The notes below the pieces were generated by a model. That model was not told the DNA's origin. It made no database searches and was given only the letters and a program-made list of their open reading frames with translations. Source: Camelus ferus (Eukaryota). From it: a stretch of 64,000 bases of DNA. This document shows positions 13,706 to 27,834 of this stretch, in pieces; position 1 is the first letter of the stretch, and the number at the start of each line of letters is the position of its first letter. The stretch lies in contig NC_045724.1 of NCBI RefSeq assembly GCF_009834535.1, positions 23,560,001 to 23,624,000 of the forward strand, in the 5' to 3' direction. Position numbers and translations under genes: made by a program.

Positions 13706-14250
13706 AATTTGCTTCTAGAGTATGCCTTTCTCCAAGCCGTGACCATTGTTTGGCTTTCCCAGCAGCATGCATAGACCTAAATGCAACATCAAAAGCCATT
13801 CAACTTTATTAATTACACATGTTGCCCACAACGACTTAAAAATCATAATTAGGAGGAAAAGGATAAACTCCCCAGAAGAAAACAGGTTAGATTGTTCATA
13901 CAGTAGGGTCACAACCCGAGGCATCTGCTGCTGTCATCGTCACAGCGCTGCTTGTCACTCAGCTTCCTGAGTGAGAAAAAGGAGAAGCTAGGAGAGGTAA
14001 GGGCTAATACCCAACAGTACAATTGCCCTGCGAAGAGAATCAATAACGTTATCTTATGTATGAAAATTACATGAAATGGGAAGTTTTATCTGAAAACAGC
14101 AACAGCAACAAAACCAAGTGTCCCTTAGGAATGTCTGTGTTTGTGCGACGTGTGTGGAGGAGTCTATCCGTGTAAGTCTCAAAGGAGCGCGGTGTGATCC
14201 GTCCGCACGTTTTCCAGTCCCTCCTAATTCAGATTTTGGTTTTGTTTCAG

Positions 14251-14481
14251 ATCAATGGTGGGGAGAAGCGGCCCGCCTCTGACATGGGGAAAAAACCAAA
14301 AACCCCCAAAAAGAAGAAGAAGAAGGACCCCAACGAGCCCCAGAAGCCTGTGTCTGCCTACGCGCTGTTCTTCCGCGACACTCAGGCCGCCATCAAGGGC
14401 CAAAATCCAAATGCTACCTTCGGTGAAGTCTCCAAAATTGTGGCTTCGATGTGGGACGGTTTGGGAGAAGAGCAAAAACAG
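14251..14481 (+). CDS. TOX: TOX exon (human exon 5 equivalent), 231 bp, phase 0/0: [77 protein letters not shown] (basic NLS plus N-terminal part of the HMG box)
   Basis: Acceptor tttgtttcag ending at 14250; donor CAG|gtaaga at 14482. Contains the TOX-family HMG signature [40 protein letters not shown]. Confidence 0.98.
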
Positions 14482-15624
14482 GTAAGAAAAGACGCAGAAT
14501 GGAGTGAATCAGCACGATCTGAAAAGGTGTGTGCATTCTAGAGAAGGGACCTCCGAGGACGATGGGTAGATGCTTCAGATGCTAGAGCCGAGGCCGAGCA
14601 TGGGCCCCATCAGAGCCAGACTGCAGGGAGCTGTGACCTGATCTTATGTTCCTTTCTTGCTCTGTTGTAAATAGCATGTTAGTGCCTTTGTTCCCACGTT
14701 TATATAGTGCAGTTACTTTTGGAAGGATTTTTCCATGTCCCAGCCAGGATTACATCATTCCTTAATGCTGGCAGTGTGATCACAAAGACTGAAAAAAACA
14801 CGAGAAGTATTTTGAAAACTGTCCACCCCTCTCTTCAGCACTTGCTGTTTACTCTTTTGTCATCGAAACCCCCTTTGCTACATGAACTTCAGATTTAAGG
14901 GTCTCTCCCCGCAGCCATTCCCTAAAGACCACCGGGGTATGTTATTCAATCCCACCTGTACCATATTTCCAAGCTGGATTAGATGCGACCAGATGCCTGG
15001 TTACTTCCTTCTGTGGTGGATTGCCGTGGTGTGACCAAGGACCATGCGAGGGGCTGGGGGGGTGCAGGGGCACGTGAGACACTTTGCAGCTCAGCCATAG
15101 CATAAGTAGCCCCGAAGGTCTTAAGGAGGATGGGAATCTCAGAGAGAAAGAGTTCAGTACGTAGGTGTAACCCACCTCGGCAGAGAAGCAACATGGAGCC
15201 CAGATTTCTAAACCAGGCAGCAGACTGCCGTTGTCACCCTCTAGAATTTCATTGTCATGAAGACAAAATTAGACAGGCCTCATCATTAATGTTCAGTTAC
15301 TGGAACGTCTAGGTAGATGCAGCTTTAGCTGCTGCAGAATATTGACGTGTGTTAATGATGGACTCGTCTCATGTCTGATTATCAGTGGAGACCTTTACCT
15401 CTTCTCATCTGGTCCAGGGAAGCGTGTAAGAAACAGGAAGCCTCAAACCTGTATCCGTCTACGAGTACCTACATACTGTGAATATATGTCAACATCTATA
15501 ATGTATACAGTGTTTTCTATGTTCAAGAACACGTATACATGACTTATCTCATCTGTTCTGCTCATTTCTCGTAGATTCTTTAAATTTTGCCAATTAGGAA
15601 ATGGGGCCAGATAGGGAAATTCAT

Positions 15625-15745
15625 TCACTTTTTTCACATTTTTACTTAACAATACTTGTTGAGTGTGTACTCCATGCCCCAGGCACTGTTCTAGACACCG
15701 GGTACAGCAGGGAATGAGATGGGGTCCCCATGCTGGTAAATGGTT
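15625..15745 (-). mobile_element. L2 3'-end fragment
   Basis: aacaatacttgttgagtgtgtactccatgccccaggcactgttctagacacc is the antisense L2 tail. Confidence 0.7.
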
Positions 15746-18700
15746 TGTCTAAGGCTACACACCATGACCGGAACTTATCACTCAACTTACAGCTCTTTTC
15801 TAACAAATTCATAAAATCGGTGAGAGTTGTAATGGTACAACCAGTTGCTAAGGAAACATAGAACCTCCCCCCAGTTCTCTCCAGACCCCTTTTCTGTCAA
15901 CCAAAGCCGTCTTTTACAATCTGCTATCTACACATTTTCTTACACCCTTTTCAAGACTGCTGGCCCCAGGGAGAGGCTTCACAGGAAAGCACAGGCCACC
16001 ACCGTGGAGCCCTGCCCTGCAACAGTTGTCTTCAAGGGCAGAAAACACACCACTGGAATGTTCTCTGTGCACGCAATTAAAATACTCATTTCCCTATGAA
16101 AGGGTAGTTGACATATTTTGTGAGTTTGTTGAAAACCTGGTATAGTTGGTTGAGGATTTTCAACCTGGTTCCTATCCTGACTCAGATCAGTTTGCTCTCA
16201 TTCTCAAAGCTGAGGTGTGGCCTCCAGCCAACGCTGGGCATTCAGTGTAGAACTGGACAGTGGCTCATCCCTCTGCTTGGCAGAGCTTCGAAGACTGAGA
16301 AGCTAAGTGCGCGTCCACCAGGAATCCCAGCCCATCCCTGTTGTCTCTGTTTATACCCATGATGCCTCCTGCCTCCACCCATGACCCATGCGCCAGGACG
16401 TACCTCTCTCCCCAGTACAACCCCTGCATGTATTACTGGACAGGGACCAGGCTTCACTACTGCAAACTCTTCGGCTTTGTAAGATGAAATTTCACAGAAG
16501 AGACATCCAGAAAGTGCATACCCTCCCTAGGGATTGTGGCAGCAACTCTTGGGCATCAGCAGACAGACGCGATTCCCTTCTGAAGACTCAGCCCCTCTTC
16601 CTACCCCGGGCTCACCGGCAGTGCCGCTTCAGGGCTCCTAGGGGCTCCTCTGGGCTCTTTGCTCTGTCAAGTTTGATTTTGAGAAACTTCAGTTGCCATT
16701 GCCACCACCCACCCCACTCCTCTTGTCTATCTTCCTGACCCCAGATACCTCTCCCTAATTATTTCCCACCTTCACTAGAGGAACTTGCATGGTAAGGCCC
16801 ACGGTAAAAAGGGAAAGGCCTGCAAAGCTCTGCCTTAGCCCACAGTCGGTCTTCTACGTGATCAATATTCACAGTCCACACCTATACCCATGTTTCTGGA
16901 GGAAAAGAATAATGTTCTTATGATGAAAATTGGGTACTTCCTCAAGGCAACAAATACAGAGCTGCAGGTTTTCCCACAAATTCAGATACAATACTGTCTT
17001 CTATTTTTATTATAGCAAGAGGTGAGCACTGAGATCCTATGGCCCATTTTTTGCTCTGATCATATGAGGCATTTACACGCCCAGAGAATATGAGAGTCCC
17101 TGTTCTTGACGAACATGTTAAAAAGGGAAATTACTCCCATTCTCCTATTCTGCCTTTCAAAATTGGGGCTGGAAAAAAAAATGTTGCTTATATTGAAGGC
17201 AGTGAAATGGAATTTGAGCTATAAAATGTAGCTCAAATATCATTTTATTTTTACTTGAAATAGTAACTAGTTTGCTTTTAAGTGAGAAGGAAAAAAAATT
17301 GAAGCTGGACTTTTCTAACAGAGATAGGATCACAACCATGGTGCCATAGGTGAGGCTCTTCAATCATAAAGATGTGATGACAAAGCATTTTCCTCATTCT
17401 CTGTTGTTTCAAACTTACTAAGTAACTTGTGATGAGTCTGTCTTTAGGTTCTTTCTTAATGGAAATAGTTAAGGGTTTTTTTGGAGAATTTGTTTTATAA
17501 ACAAGGATGAAATTATAAAATAGTTGGCCTTGTATAACTCACTGGGTATTGTAAAGCAATTTCATATTCAAAATCCAGTTGTTAAAAAAAGTTTATACCA
17601 AGATTATTTTTTTAACCTGAATAGAATTAACTATCTTTTTCTTTTACTAAGAAAAAAGTTAATATTTTAACATTTGAGCACCTTTACCAAAACCAGGGTA
17701 TTGGAAGCAGTCTTTGGTCAGTTGAAAATGGTTTGTTTCCATGCCTTATGCTCCTTGGACTTGACAAGGGTTCAGCATAGCTTAGCCTTTCCTCTTAAAA
17801 GATGATCTCGCTTGATAAAGAGGATGAAACTGCAGAGTATGCCAGAAAGGATGGGTTCTGACACATACAAGTCCATCCAGGGACGAGCAGAGAGTGGGTC
17901 AAATGATGACAAAAGGGACCCGTGGCATCAGCTGCCCCGCGGCGGCCCTCCCCTGACAGTTTGCAGGGATTGCCTGCGAAGCGAACACGCCTGCCTGGAA
18001 TGCCCACTTTGGCATCAAGAGAATTTCAACAAAGTATCCAAGAGAGCGGTATTACGGTGTATTACCACCTCTTCTCTCCTTTTATGCTGACTCATTGTGC
18101 CAGTGCGATAGACCTCTGTTTCAAACGTAAACTAATTGTACTTTTCTCTCACTTAATATTACAATTGGGAAGCACCACTATGTACTTTTAAAGGAATGTT
18201 GTCGGAGCCGATTGGAGGCAGACCATTAAACTTCAAAACTGAGGACCGATGCGCGTGTTCCGGAATAGCCCCACGTGGTGCCACTGGCAGCGTGCAGGCA
18301 GCCGCTTCAAGTAGAAGGCGAGGATTTCATGCGCCACGATTGTTCAAGACTCACATTGTCATAATAGCCCACAATTATGAACAGCCACAAATATAAACAC
18401 AAACCAGGGAAAATGGACAAAATTATCGATGACTTATTAGGGGCTCAGAAAATTACAATGTTTAAGGAAAAACAGCGATTAGTGAGATTACAATGGAACG
18501 CGTTCTTGCCAGCCAGAGGAGCAGGACGCACAGCGCTCTGTGTGCTTCTGCCGCGTGCTTCCTCGCTGTGCTGCGCAGGCGGGGATTGGAAGCCTCTGCT
18601 TCTGAAGGGGTGATCCTTATTTTCAGAATCCATGGTGAGTGAGAAACTAAATGTGCTTTGGTTTCTGTGAAGGATCTCTCAAAGAAGAGAAATCAAAAGG

Positions 18701-20360
18701 AAGCTGAAAGAAGTGATACAAATCCTCCAGGAACACAAGACCTCCCTTAGGGATCATTCCTACCAAAGCCACCGAGCAAATGTCACATATCCGAGATCTC
18801 TCCGTGTTAATACTTTAGAAGATGGTGCTGAATCCGGAATGGGAGCGGAATTGTGTTTGGGATTCCAACCGGAGGTTTTAAATGCTAATGAATCGTTAAG
18901 ACAATGGAGAGCCCTTTTCGGAAGCATACTAAGTTCTTTTAAAAAGGCACCAGATGGAGAAAGGGAAATAAACCCTAAGTGTGGCTGTGATGTTGGCCTT
19001 TGCTACTAATCTTTCACCGCCTGGAACCTACAGAGAAAGAAAAATAATAACGTAACAAGGTCACGCCCTTTATATTAGACTCCTTGGAGTTTCAGCAGCC
19101 CTCGGCATCTTTTTTTTTTTTTTTTAAATGAGAGTCCAGCTAAATTTCCTATCTCTCCCCATTGTTTCTGAATTCTCTGATTCTGGTCATCGAAGTCTGG
19201 GATCTGAGTCCACAGTGACAACAGAGAGCAAATCTGACCCATTAAATTAAAGAGTCCATCCAGCTTTGGAGCAAAAGGGATGGACCCAAAGCATTGTAAA
19301 GCATTCCTGGGTCCTTTTTAGCCATGGAAAGTGCACTCTTANNNNNNNNNNNNNNNNNNNNNNNNNNNNNNNNNNNNNNNNNNNNNNNNNNNNNNNNNNN
19401 NNNNNNNNNNNNNNNNNNNNNNNNNNNNNNNNNNNNNNNNNNNNNNNNNNNNNNNNNNNNNNNNNNNNNNNNNNNNNNNNNNNNNNNNNNNNNNNNNNNN
19501 NNNNNNNNNNNNNNNNNNNNNNNNNNNNNNNNNNNNNACTGGAAGGTCTGTGCAGAGTTTGGTGTGTTCGGGAGAAACCACAGCCCACGGTGCCCAGGGA
19601 GCGTATTTCTGTAAATGCAGCCCTGTCGTGGGAGGGGAGCGTGGATTTACCTCGAGAACCAGAGCCTAATGAGCAGACATCACTTGCAGGGAGACAGTGT
19701 GAATGTGGTAACGTATGCCTTCTTTCAGGATGCATAATTCATATCCAGGGATATTAGCCATAGCAGCTCGGCTCAATAGCAACAGCTCATTATTTTATCC
19801 CTCAGTATTTATCCCTATGTTTGACGCCTCCTGAAATTACTGTTAATGTGTTTATATAAGGGCAGATCTGACTCAAGTGCAGAGAATGTAATTTCCTCCT
19901 CATTCCTCCCTGCTGCTGNNNNNNNNNNNNNNNNNNNNNNNNNNNNNNNNNNNNNNNNNNNNNNNNNNNNNNNNNNNNNNNNNNNNNNNNNNNNNNNNNN
20001 NNNNNNNNNNNNNNNNNNNNNNNNNNNNNNNNNNNNNNNNNNNNNNNNNNNNNNNNNNNNNNNNNNCCAATCATTTACCCCTCATTGGTGCCCAAACACC
20101 CACTACGGAAATGCTGCTGGGCTTCCCCCTCCCCCCACCCCATATCTTATGATAAAATTTGGGTTTTATGTCAACAATACTTAAGGTTAACTAAAATCCT
20201 GTTGCACTGTAACATTCACACATGTGTTTATCTTGGCCATTTCCTTATAAACATTATGCATTGCCCCAGGTTTTTTTTTTTTAAACTAGGAGCAGAGGAT
20301 GTAGAAAATGATTGTTCATTTAAAACCTGTAGAATGTAAGAAAAGTTTCTATTCATAAAA

Positions 20361-20500
20361 ACTTGAGACAGCGCTTTCTAAGTGAAGTAAGACAGAAAGA
20401 GAAAGAAAAATACCATGCGATATCAGTCATGTGTGGAATTAAAAAAAGAAAAGAAGACACTAAGGAACTTAACTACAAAACAGAAGTGGACTCACAGAGA
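20361..20500 (+). mobile_element. L1 3' fragment
   Basis: ctaagtgaagtaagacagaaagagaaagaaaaataccatgcgatatca...gtggaattaaaaaaag...gaacttaactacaaaacagaagtggactcacaga. Confidence 0.8.
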
Positions 20501-23500
20501 GGCAGCAAGGGGAGATCTCATGCGGCCAGGAGGAACCAATGCATAAACAAAGATGGCTCTTAGACATCAGATCAATCTGATTACATATAACACGTATTGT
20601 GTGTATGTGTATCTGTATGTAAATATATGTGATTATGTGTGTGTATATAGAGATATATAAAATTCCTGACACAAAAAATGCACACAGGAGAGGCGTGTTT
20701 TTAATGCCTTTTTTTATTATGTAGCTTTCCTACCTCACACCATGCAGGGACATAACAGATCCTCAATATTTTGTTAAGTGGAATTGAACGTCACCATAAT
20801 CACCCCAGTCATCCTCATTTAATAAGTTGACAGATATATTTTGCAGCCATTTTTCAGACAAGGAGCTTGCTTCTGAGACCTACCATTCCAGAAACAGGTC
20901 ACGCCCTTACTTTGTAGGCTATTCAGATGCATCTGATGGGTCCTGAAAAGAATCGATAGCAAGATCTGTGTCGCATTGTATAATATCTTCAATACTCTGA
21001 ATGCTACTTTATAAAGTTCTTTGAGTTCTGGAACGCTTAAGAAAACGCTGAGCAAGTTACACAAATGGAAATTTAACTGCATTTGAGGACCGAGTTCTGT
21101 ATGAAACACAGATGCACTTGCTCTAAATGTCCTAAATAGCACAGCATTGAAAGATGCTGCAAATGTTAATTTCTCAAGGACATGACAGGGGGTTGTGATT
21201 AAATTATTATTCCTTATATATAACTATCTCTAAGCTTTTTCTATAAATATGAACTTAAAGGGGGGGGGACTGCATTTGAAGTTAACGAAAAAGAAAAATG
21301 CCTTCTAGTTTTAATTTTATGGTGTTTGAATAAAATCCAGAATTGGAAGAATTATGGGTTTTCTTATTATTACTGTAAAGAGTTAGCTTGAAATAAACTA
21401 TGACTAGAGATTAACTAAGAGCCAGAGCAGAAAAGAAGGAAGGAAGAAGGAATTAAGTGGTATTTATAAGATTTTACTTTTCTGTATAAGTTAGATGGAT
21501 CTTTTGAGGAGGGAGCAGAAAGTAAAAAAAAAAAAAAAAGGCAAAGTGACAGGTTGTATTAGAATTTTTTCTATTTGAGTGCATCATATTCAGATGCTAA
21601 ACTGCTGATTTTAACTAGAGATTATATTAGCCTATAAAAACACATATACATGCTGGTATTTAGAGCATTTAAAAAATGATTCAGTGAATCACTAGATTAC
21701 ATGAACGGAATCTGGATTCTCTGGAATTGCAATTTGATGTCTGTTTTAGTTTAGCCACTGAGATGCAATCCTTAGCTAGGATATGGTAGCTTTCTTAGAA
21801 TAACAAACCACAGCACATAACTAAGTTAGGACAGGATGAATTCAAAAGTGTTTGGATGAGCTGGGGAAAATGATAAATGATGTATTATGATTTTCAAATC
21901 CTCATCTGGCCAACTTTGCACTTTATTTCAAACAGCTGTTGACCATTTGGAAGCCATTTTGTAGCTCAGCTGAGTACTAATATTTACTGTTATGAATCAC
22001 ATATCTTTAAAATATTTGTCTTTCCCTGAGAGAGAGAGAGACCATTTCTTTCCCAGACTCAGCTTGGACATAAATCAGACCCATCTTCCTAGGCTAGAAG
22101 GTTTGATCATTGCAGCGGGCTGGTCATGGCCAAACACAGTCAACGTCATCTTTGGTTTCCGCAAACAGAAGACCCTCTCCATCCGTGAACAGAGCTTTGA
22201 AACGTTTTTTAGGAACTTTTTACTGATGATTTTAAAATATCTGTTCTGAAGTAGGAATTTAAGTACGTGGAATTCTTACTTTTTATCATTTTCTCATACA
22301 TTTGAGGTCCTCCTTCAGACATTTCCATCAAATATAGAATTAAGTAAGAATTCTGTGCAATTTTGGAGGGTAACTTCCTGAAGACATACAGGGTGTGTAA
22401 TATTTGAGCCATCAGGTAGTTCTCAAAGGTGGAGGTTCTAAATTACTGTGGGGGAAACCACCTCAGATTTTAATTCTAATCTGGGCTCCCCACCACACAC
22501 ACCCTTTAAACACAATTACAGAAATACACCTCCTGAAATTACCACCCTTTGCATCCTCCCTCTGAACATCTGCAGCTATTCAGCAAAGAGCGGACCCATC
22601 AATCCATGTAATGTGACGTGATGAGTTTACTCTTTTCTAAAGTGGTATTTAGGCGCTCGCACGAGGATCCCACGTAGCCAATCATCAATGCCGACAGGGA
22701 GCCATTTGTGGGAAACAGGACACTCGGGATGCTAGTCAGGGATCCCGTAATGACATCGATCTCCCAGTGAAACCAGAGGGCACATGTTCAGCCTGAAACG
22801 CACTGAGTTAACCACCTTTCTCTCGCAGTGGTTAATCAACAAATTTCAGGAAAGTTAACACCTTGTGGGATGTTAACCACCGGGAGCCCTCCCGTAGTTA
22901 CACTGTTGTGGTTTCAATAGAAACCGAACACAAGAAAGATGAGAGATGCTACAATCAGACCACCTGGCAACACCATCTTATCTGTGCTGCCTAGAAAATG
23001 ATGCTTTGGGCAATACCATGGACCCAAGTGTGTTACATTTGCCTTGGGAAGCTAAATGAACCCTGGTTAGCTGCCTGGGGGGTCACTGGGAATAGCGTAT
23101 TAATTTAAAAAAAAATGATAGAAATGTTTTGAGTATGCAAATGCATACTACCATCAGAGATATTTTTGCTAAATATTTGCTTGCAAATCCTGAATAGGAC
23201 TTCTGTCTGTGTGGGAGAAAAAGCCTCTCGAAACAGTTTTAAGGTGTTAAAAGTAAATGTAAACATTGTCAGTTTAAGGTCATTAATTATAAATTATGTC
23301 TTGGAGGAGAGATTGGAGGGAGGACTACAAACAGAAATCTGTCTTTGAAGAAAGAAATAAATCAATAAAAAGCAAGAGGGCTCTGTGTTTCTGATTGTGG
23401 CTTAACCAAAGCATGCAATATACATGGATCATACTATTGAAAGACATTTGCTGTAATTTAGTGTTTATTTGTTTTCATGTATGAATTTCTAAAAAAGGAT

Positions 23501-25123
23501 CTGAATTTGATGTCCAATACTTAGCTCAGTAAATTTAGAATTCTTTTGTAATTGAACCAAAGGATTAATGGGCTTTGTACTAAAAAATTTCTTTTAAGTT
23601 TCTTTAGTTGCATATATTGTAAAGATGATACAATGATTATATAATATGATATGAATTCTTAATCGACTTATTGTAATTGCCTCTTATTATAACAGGATGC
23701 CAAATATGAAAGACTAGGCTGAAGACCTCCCTAAGGGGAAACAATTAGCACATTCATTTCATAGGGTCCTTTATAATTCTGTTGACAAGGTTACTCATTT
23801 GTTTACCTTAAGTAAAATGTTCCGCTTTAATTAAAATATTCATGAGTAAGTAATATTTCTCACACCTTGAATTTCACAGTTGGGGACTGAGCTCAGCAAA
23901 CCACCCTCCACATCAGAAACCATAAATTGACCTCTGCCGCCGACTTTGGCAGATCTTTGGTCTTTAGACATAATCTACATTTAACTACTCCTGACTAAGT
24001 CTAAAGCCACTTCTGCTGATCTATGTCTGGTTTCAAGCTCAGCATTACAGTTATTAGCCAAGCCTCATTCCCTGCTGTAAAATTCAAGATGCAGGAAATT
24101 TAAAATAGTCTTACTGATGAAAATACATTCAAAGAATGAATGAAAAGATTTTGTTCTTTAGGGCTGATTTCAGAAGATTGACAAAAAAAGACCCTAAAGT
24201 CTTGAAAGGATCAATTTAATGGTAGCAGAGCCCCATGAAGATTCACTTTGCTAACCATTCATTTTGACTCTAATGACTTTTCTGTTTAACTTAGCCACGT
24301 GACCTTTGGCCTCCCAGCACGTCATTGTTCAGTACTTTTGCTCAATTTAGGATGATTTTACTTTTGTTTGCAAGATGATGTCCTCTGCAAAATGAAAAGC
24401 CTCTGTAAACTGCAATTCCACTCAGAACACTCTTGCCTTTTCACACCGAGGCATCTACAGATCTGGTCCTTGCAGGGTTTTCGTGGAAAGGGCGTGACCA
24501 AAGCGGGCACCGCACACACACAGCCCTCGGCCGCTCGGGGTCCCCCGTCCATCCCAAATGTGACTTTGACTGCCATCACCGACTCCTGCTTCTCGGAAAA
24601 TAGAACTTCAAGGCACAAAATTTTGAAAGGGTGATGAACCTGCAGACTCCATATCTGTTCCTTTGATTTACTTACTGAACATAATTGGTCACTGAATTCT
24701 GTCTTTCTTTCTGTATTTTGCATGGAGTGTATATATCCGGATTTGAATGCAGTGCAGAATCATCTGCCCATTATATAAATATGAATGGCTTCTTTGCTCA
24801 CGTGTGGTTTCCCTGGGAACCTGCATCAAAAGTATCTTTCCAAGCCAACTACCTCCACTCTCAAAGTAACCCAAATAAACCTTTTCATGAGCGTTAATAG
24901 AATGGAAAATTCCACTGTTATTAATCTTTTTCTTATCTAGTCTATTGCCATATTTCTTAAAAATGTGTTTTGGTAAGAAAACACAATCTTTGGGGAGATA
25001 TATATTATTACATTATATACATGTGTGCATGTGTGAGCACACCCGCAATTATCATTCTCCATTGTACCCCTCTGGAAACAAAAGCAGATGCACTTTCTAA
25101 TTTAAGATTCTTTGTTGTTACAG

Positions 25124-25204
25124 GTCTATAAAAAGAAAACAGAGGCTGCAAAGAAGGAGTACCTGAAGCAACTGGCAGCATACAGAGCCAGCCTTGTATC
25201 CAAG
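25124..25204 (+). CDS. TOX: TOX exon (human exon 6 equivalent), 81 bp, phase 0/0: [27 protein letters not shown] (C-terminal helix of the HMG box)
   Basis: Acceptor tttgttgttacag ending at 25123; donor AAG|gtaacg at 25205. In frame with the flanking exons; too short to appear in the ORF track. Confidence 0.97.
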
Positions 25205-27454
25205 GTAACGGGCAATCGTGTGGTCTGTGACGGAGTGTGGCCATCTTGCTGCAGACAATGATGGCCATTTGGAAGCATAAAAGATTATGTTAGCATTTCT
25301 GCACAATCTTATTTGCTGAAAAAGAACAAGTAAATTCTAAACAAAGCTGTATGTTATACAAATATTTGTTCATACCTAAAGGACCAGAGCAGCATCCCCT
25401 GGCCTTTTGTGCTACGCTGCCTGCCTGTGGGTTGTTGGTTTGGGGGTTGGTCACAGTGCAGTGTTAATCCTGAGCCAGCCTTCTGTTTCACCAAGTTCCA
25501 CCACCACGACCCCGACTCCATCCCGTTGCTCTTTGCTAAGGAGATGCCAACTGTCTTCAATTCTGGCCTCATGACAACATCATAAGGATGTAAAGCGGCC
25601 AAAACGAACAAATGAAAAAAATGCATCGTTTCATTTGAAAATGAAAACACCACTTTAAAATATTGTAGGCATTAGCCTATCTCAAACACAAGTCCTTTCT
25701 GTTAGAAACACTCGCGTTAACTCTGGTGTCGGGTTATTAAAGCTGTAATTCCTCTTGTAGATTTCTCAGGGAGCTCACCTCACAGAGACAGGGCTGCAGA
25801 TGTGAGAACTGGACACTGTGTCATTTAAGTCCAAATGTGGCTGCCACTTGGCTCAGTGTGGCGTGAGGCTCTGGGCTTCATTCTGTGCACCCACGAAAAA
25901 TACTTTCTCTTCTATCCACAAACGTCTACCCCCCCTTCCAACAATTCTAATTACATAAAATAGTTTTTATTGAGGACAATAGACAATGAATGTATGATGC
26001 ATAGAAGAAAAAGGAGCACTAAATACACAAGGCATAAGAGATCCCAGGACACTGTTGGTCTAACGCAACTTTATGTTCCACATCTAAGATATGACATTGT
26101 GGGAAAACTTCACATTTATTTTTTAACCTTAAAATTTCTAGCTCACCTCTACTATCTCACTACAGATCTCACACTTTCTAATTTTTCCAGCTTGTTTCGA
26201 AGCTATTTATATTTTCTGCTGATACCATTTCACTTTTCTGTGTATTTACAGAATTCACAGCACGTATATAAAATTATAGCAAGAAAAACAGTGAGGAACA
26301 AAGTCTTAGATCCATCCAGCCATTGGGTGATGTAGTCACTTGATATTCAGATTAATATGCCCAAAATGTAAGAGGGCATATGAATTCTTCTTATTTCATC
26401 CAAGATAAGTTTCTTTTTGAGCATTTTAAATAGAAGTTTTAGTCAGAACATTTTACGTTCAAGAAAATCAGTGCATACAATCTCAAACCCAATGCAAAGC
26501 GCTCTGGTTGATGTTGTGCAGATTGCCAGGATGCTGCAATACTGACTAAGCCCTTTACTTGCAAAACGAGTGTCCTCAGATTTGCTCTTAGCTGCAACTT
26601 TTCATACTATTCATTCTCCGAGTTGCAGCCCTCCGTATACGGCAATTTGTATAAATGCTGCGAACTGCCACTTCTACATTTAAAAAAACCAAGCGCTTTC
26701 TTTCCAGCTTACTCTGATGTTTTTCATCTCTTTGGCAGTAGGGATTTTGCCGGAGCTGCTGAATGTCTATTTATGTACAAGTATCTATTGTATGTGTACA
26801 AATTGAAGAAAAGTTATGAACACCCTCTCCAGGTTAGAAAGATGGTTCTCTGACGTTGTATGTGGTTGGGATATTTGCAGTATAACCTTGCAGGCACGTG
26901 CAGAAAATTTACCAGCCTGCCCGCCAACTGCACACAGAAACATATGTAAAAACCCATTTCTTTTCCATTTAAAATTATCACAAGGAAAGTAACAGCCATT
27001 CATATTTACACAAGTATTTTTCCATGTTATAATCTTAGTATGTTATATTATTTCCCTATTCCGAAAGACCTGAAGGTGCAGTTGTAAAGTGCTGCTTGCC
27101 AATGATACAGTTCCGGGTCACCCCAGGGTGCCAGCCAAGCTCCCTCTTTCCCGTTCACTCATTCACATGCTCACTTGGTGAATTACCCTGGGTGGCGGGG
27201 TCTGTGCCGAGCCCTTGGCCAGGCTGGGAGGACGCGGTGGAGAACTGGCAGGTTCGTCCCCTGCACTTATAGAGCTTTCTCTCCGAGTCCGGGGAGACCA
27301 CTAGTGAAATCGTAAGTTAGTAAATGACCGAGATCTTTGTGAATTGAAGCTTTCTGAAGGAAATAAAGCAAGGCATCTGATCGGGTGGTCTGCCGAGCCC
27401 TCTTTGAAGGGTGACACTGGAGCTGAGTGCAAGGGAAGACAGAGGGACACAGAG

Positions 27455-27490
27455 GGAGCCTGGGACGGAGCCTGGGACGGAGCCTGGGAC
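27455..27490. repeat. Perfect 12-bp tandem repeat (GGAGCCTGGGAC)x3
   Basis: Read directly. Confidence 0.92.
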
Positions 27491-27834
27491 TTGATTCTCT
27501 GTGCAGCGGGACACCCCCGAACGGGCTTCCGCAGGGGGTGACTTGATCGGGCTTCTGTGTTTAAGAGAGAACTTTATGTGAATGACTTCACTCAGTCCCC
27601 ACACCCTATCCTCAAAGTAGACTTGATGGTTAACAATCCACCAAAGAGGGAGAGTTTCACGCAGGTAACAAGTGCCCGGGCCCGGAGCTGACCTCCACCT
27701 CCCTCAGTCCTTGTGCTGGGCCCTCCTGCACCTGGTCCTGACAGCGTGCTCGACCCGCTTCCATAGAACACCCCCCGCCCCGCAAGTCAGGGTGGAGCAC
27801 CGGTGTCTTCTCTTCTAAGGCCACTTAAAGCACA

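Noticed and set aside
14251-14481. Assignment to the paralogs TOX2, TOX3 or TOX4
   Set aside because: The linker ([17 protein letters not shown]), exon sizes and the C-terminus (QRDKALYLT) match TOX itself as I recall it.
17896-17960. Box C/D snoRNA (ATGATGA...CTGA) in intron 5
   Set aside because: No terminal stem flanks the boxes and no rRNA/snRNA guide is recognisable.
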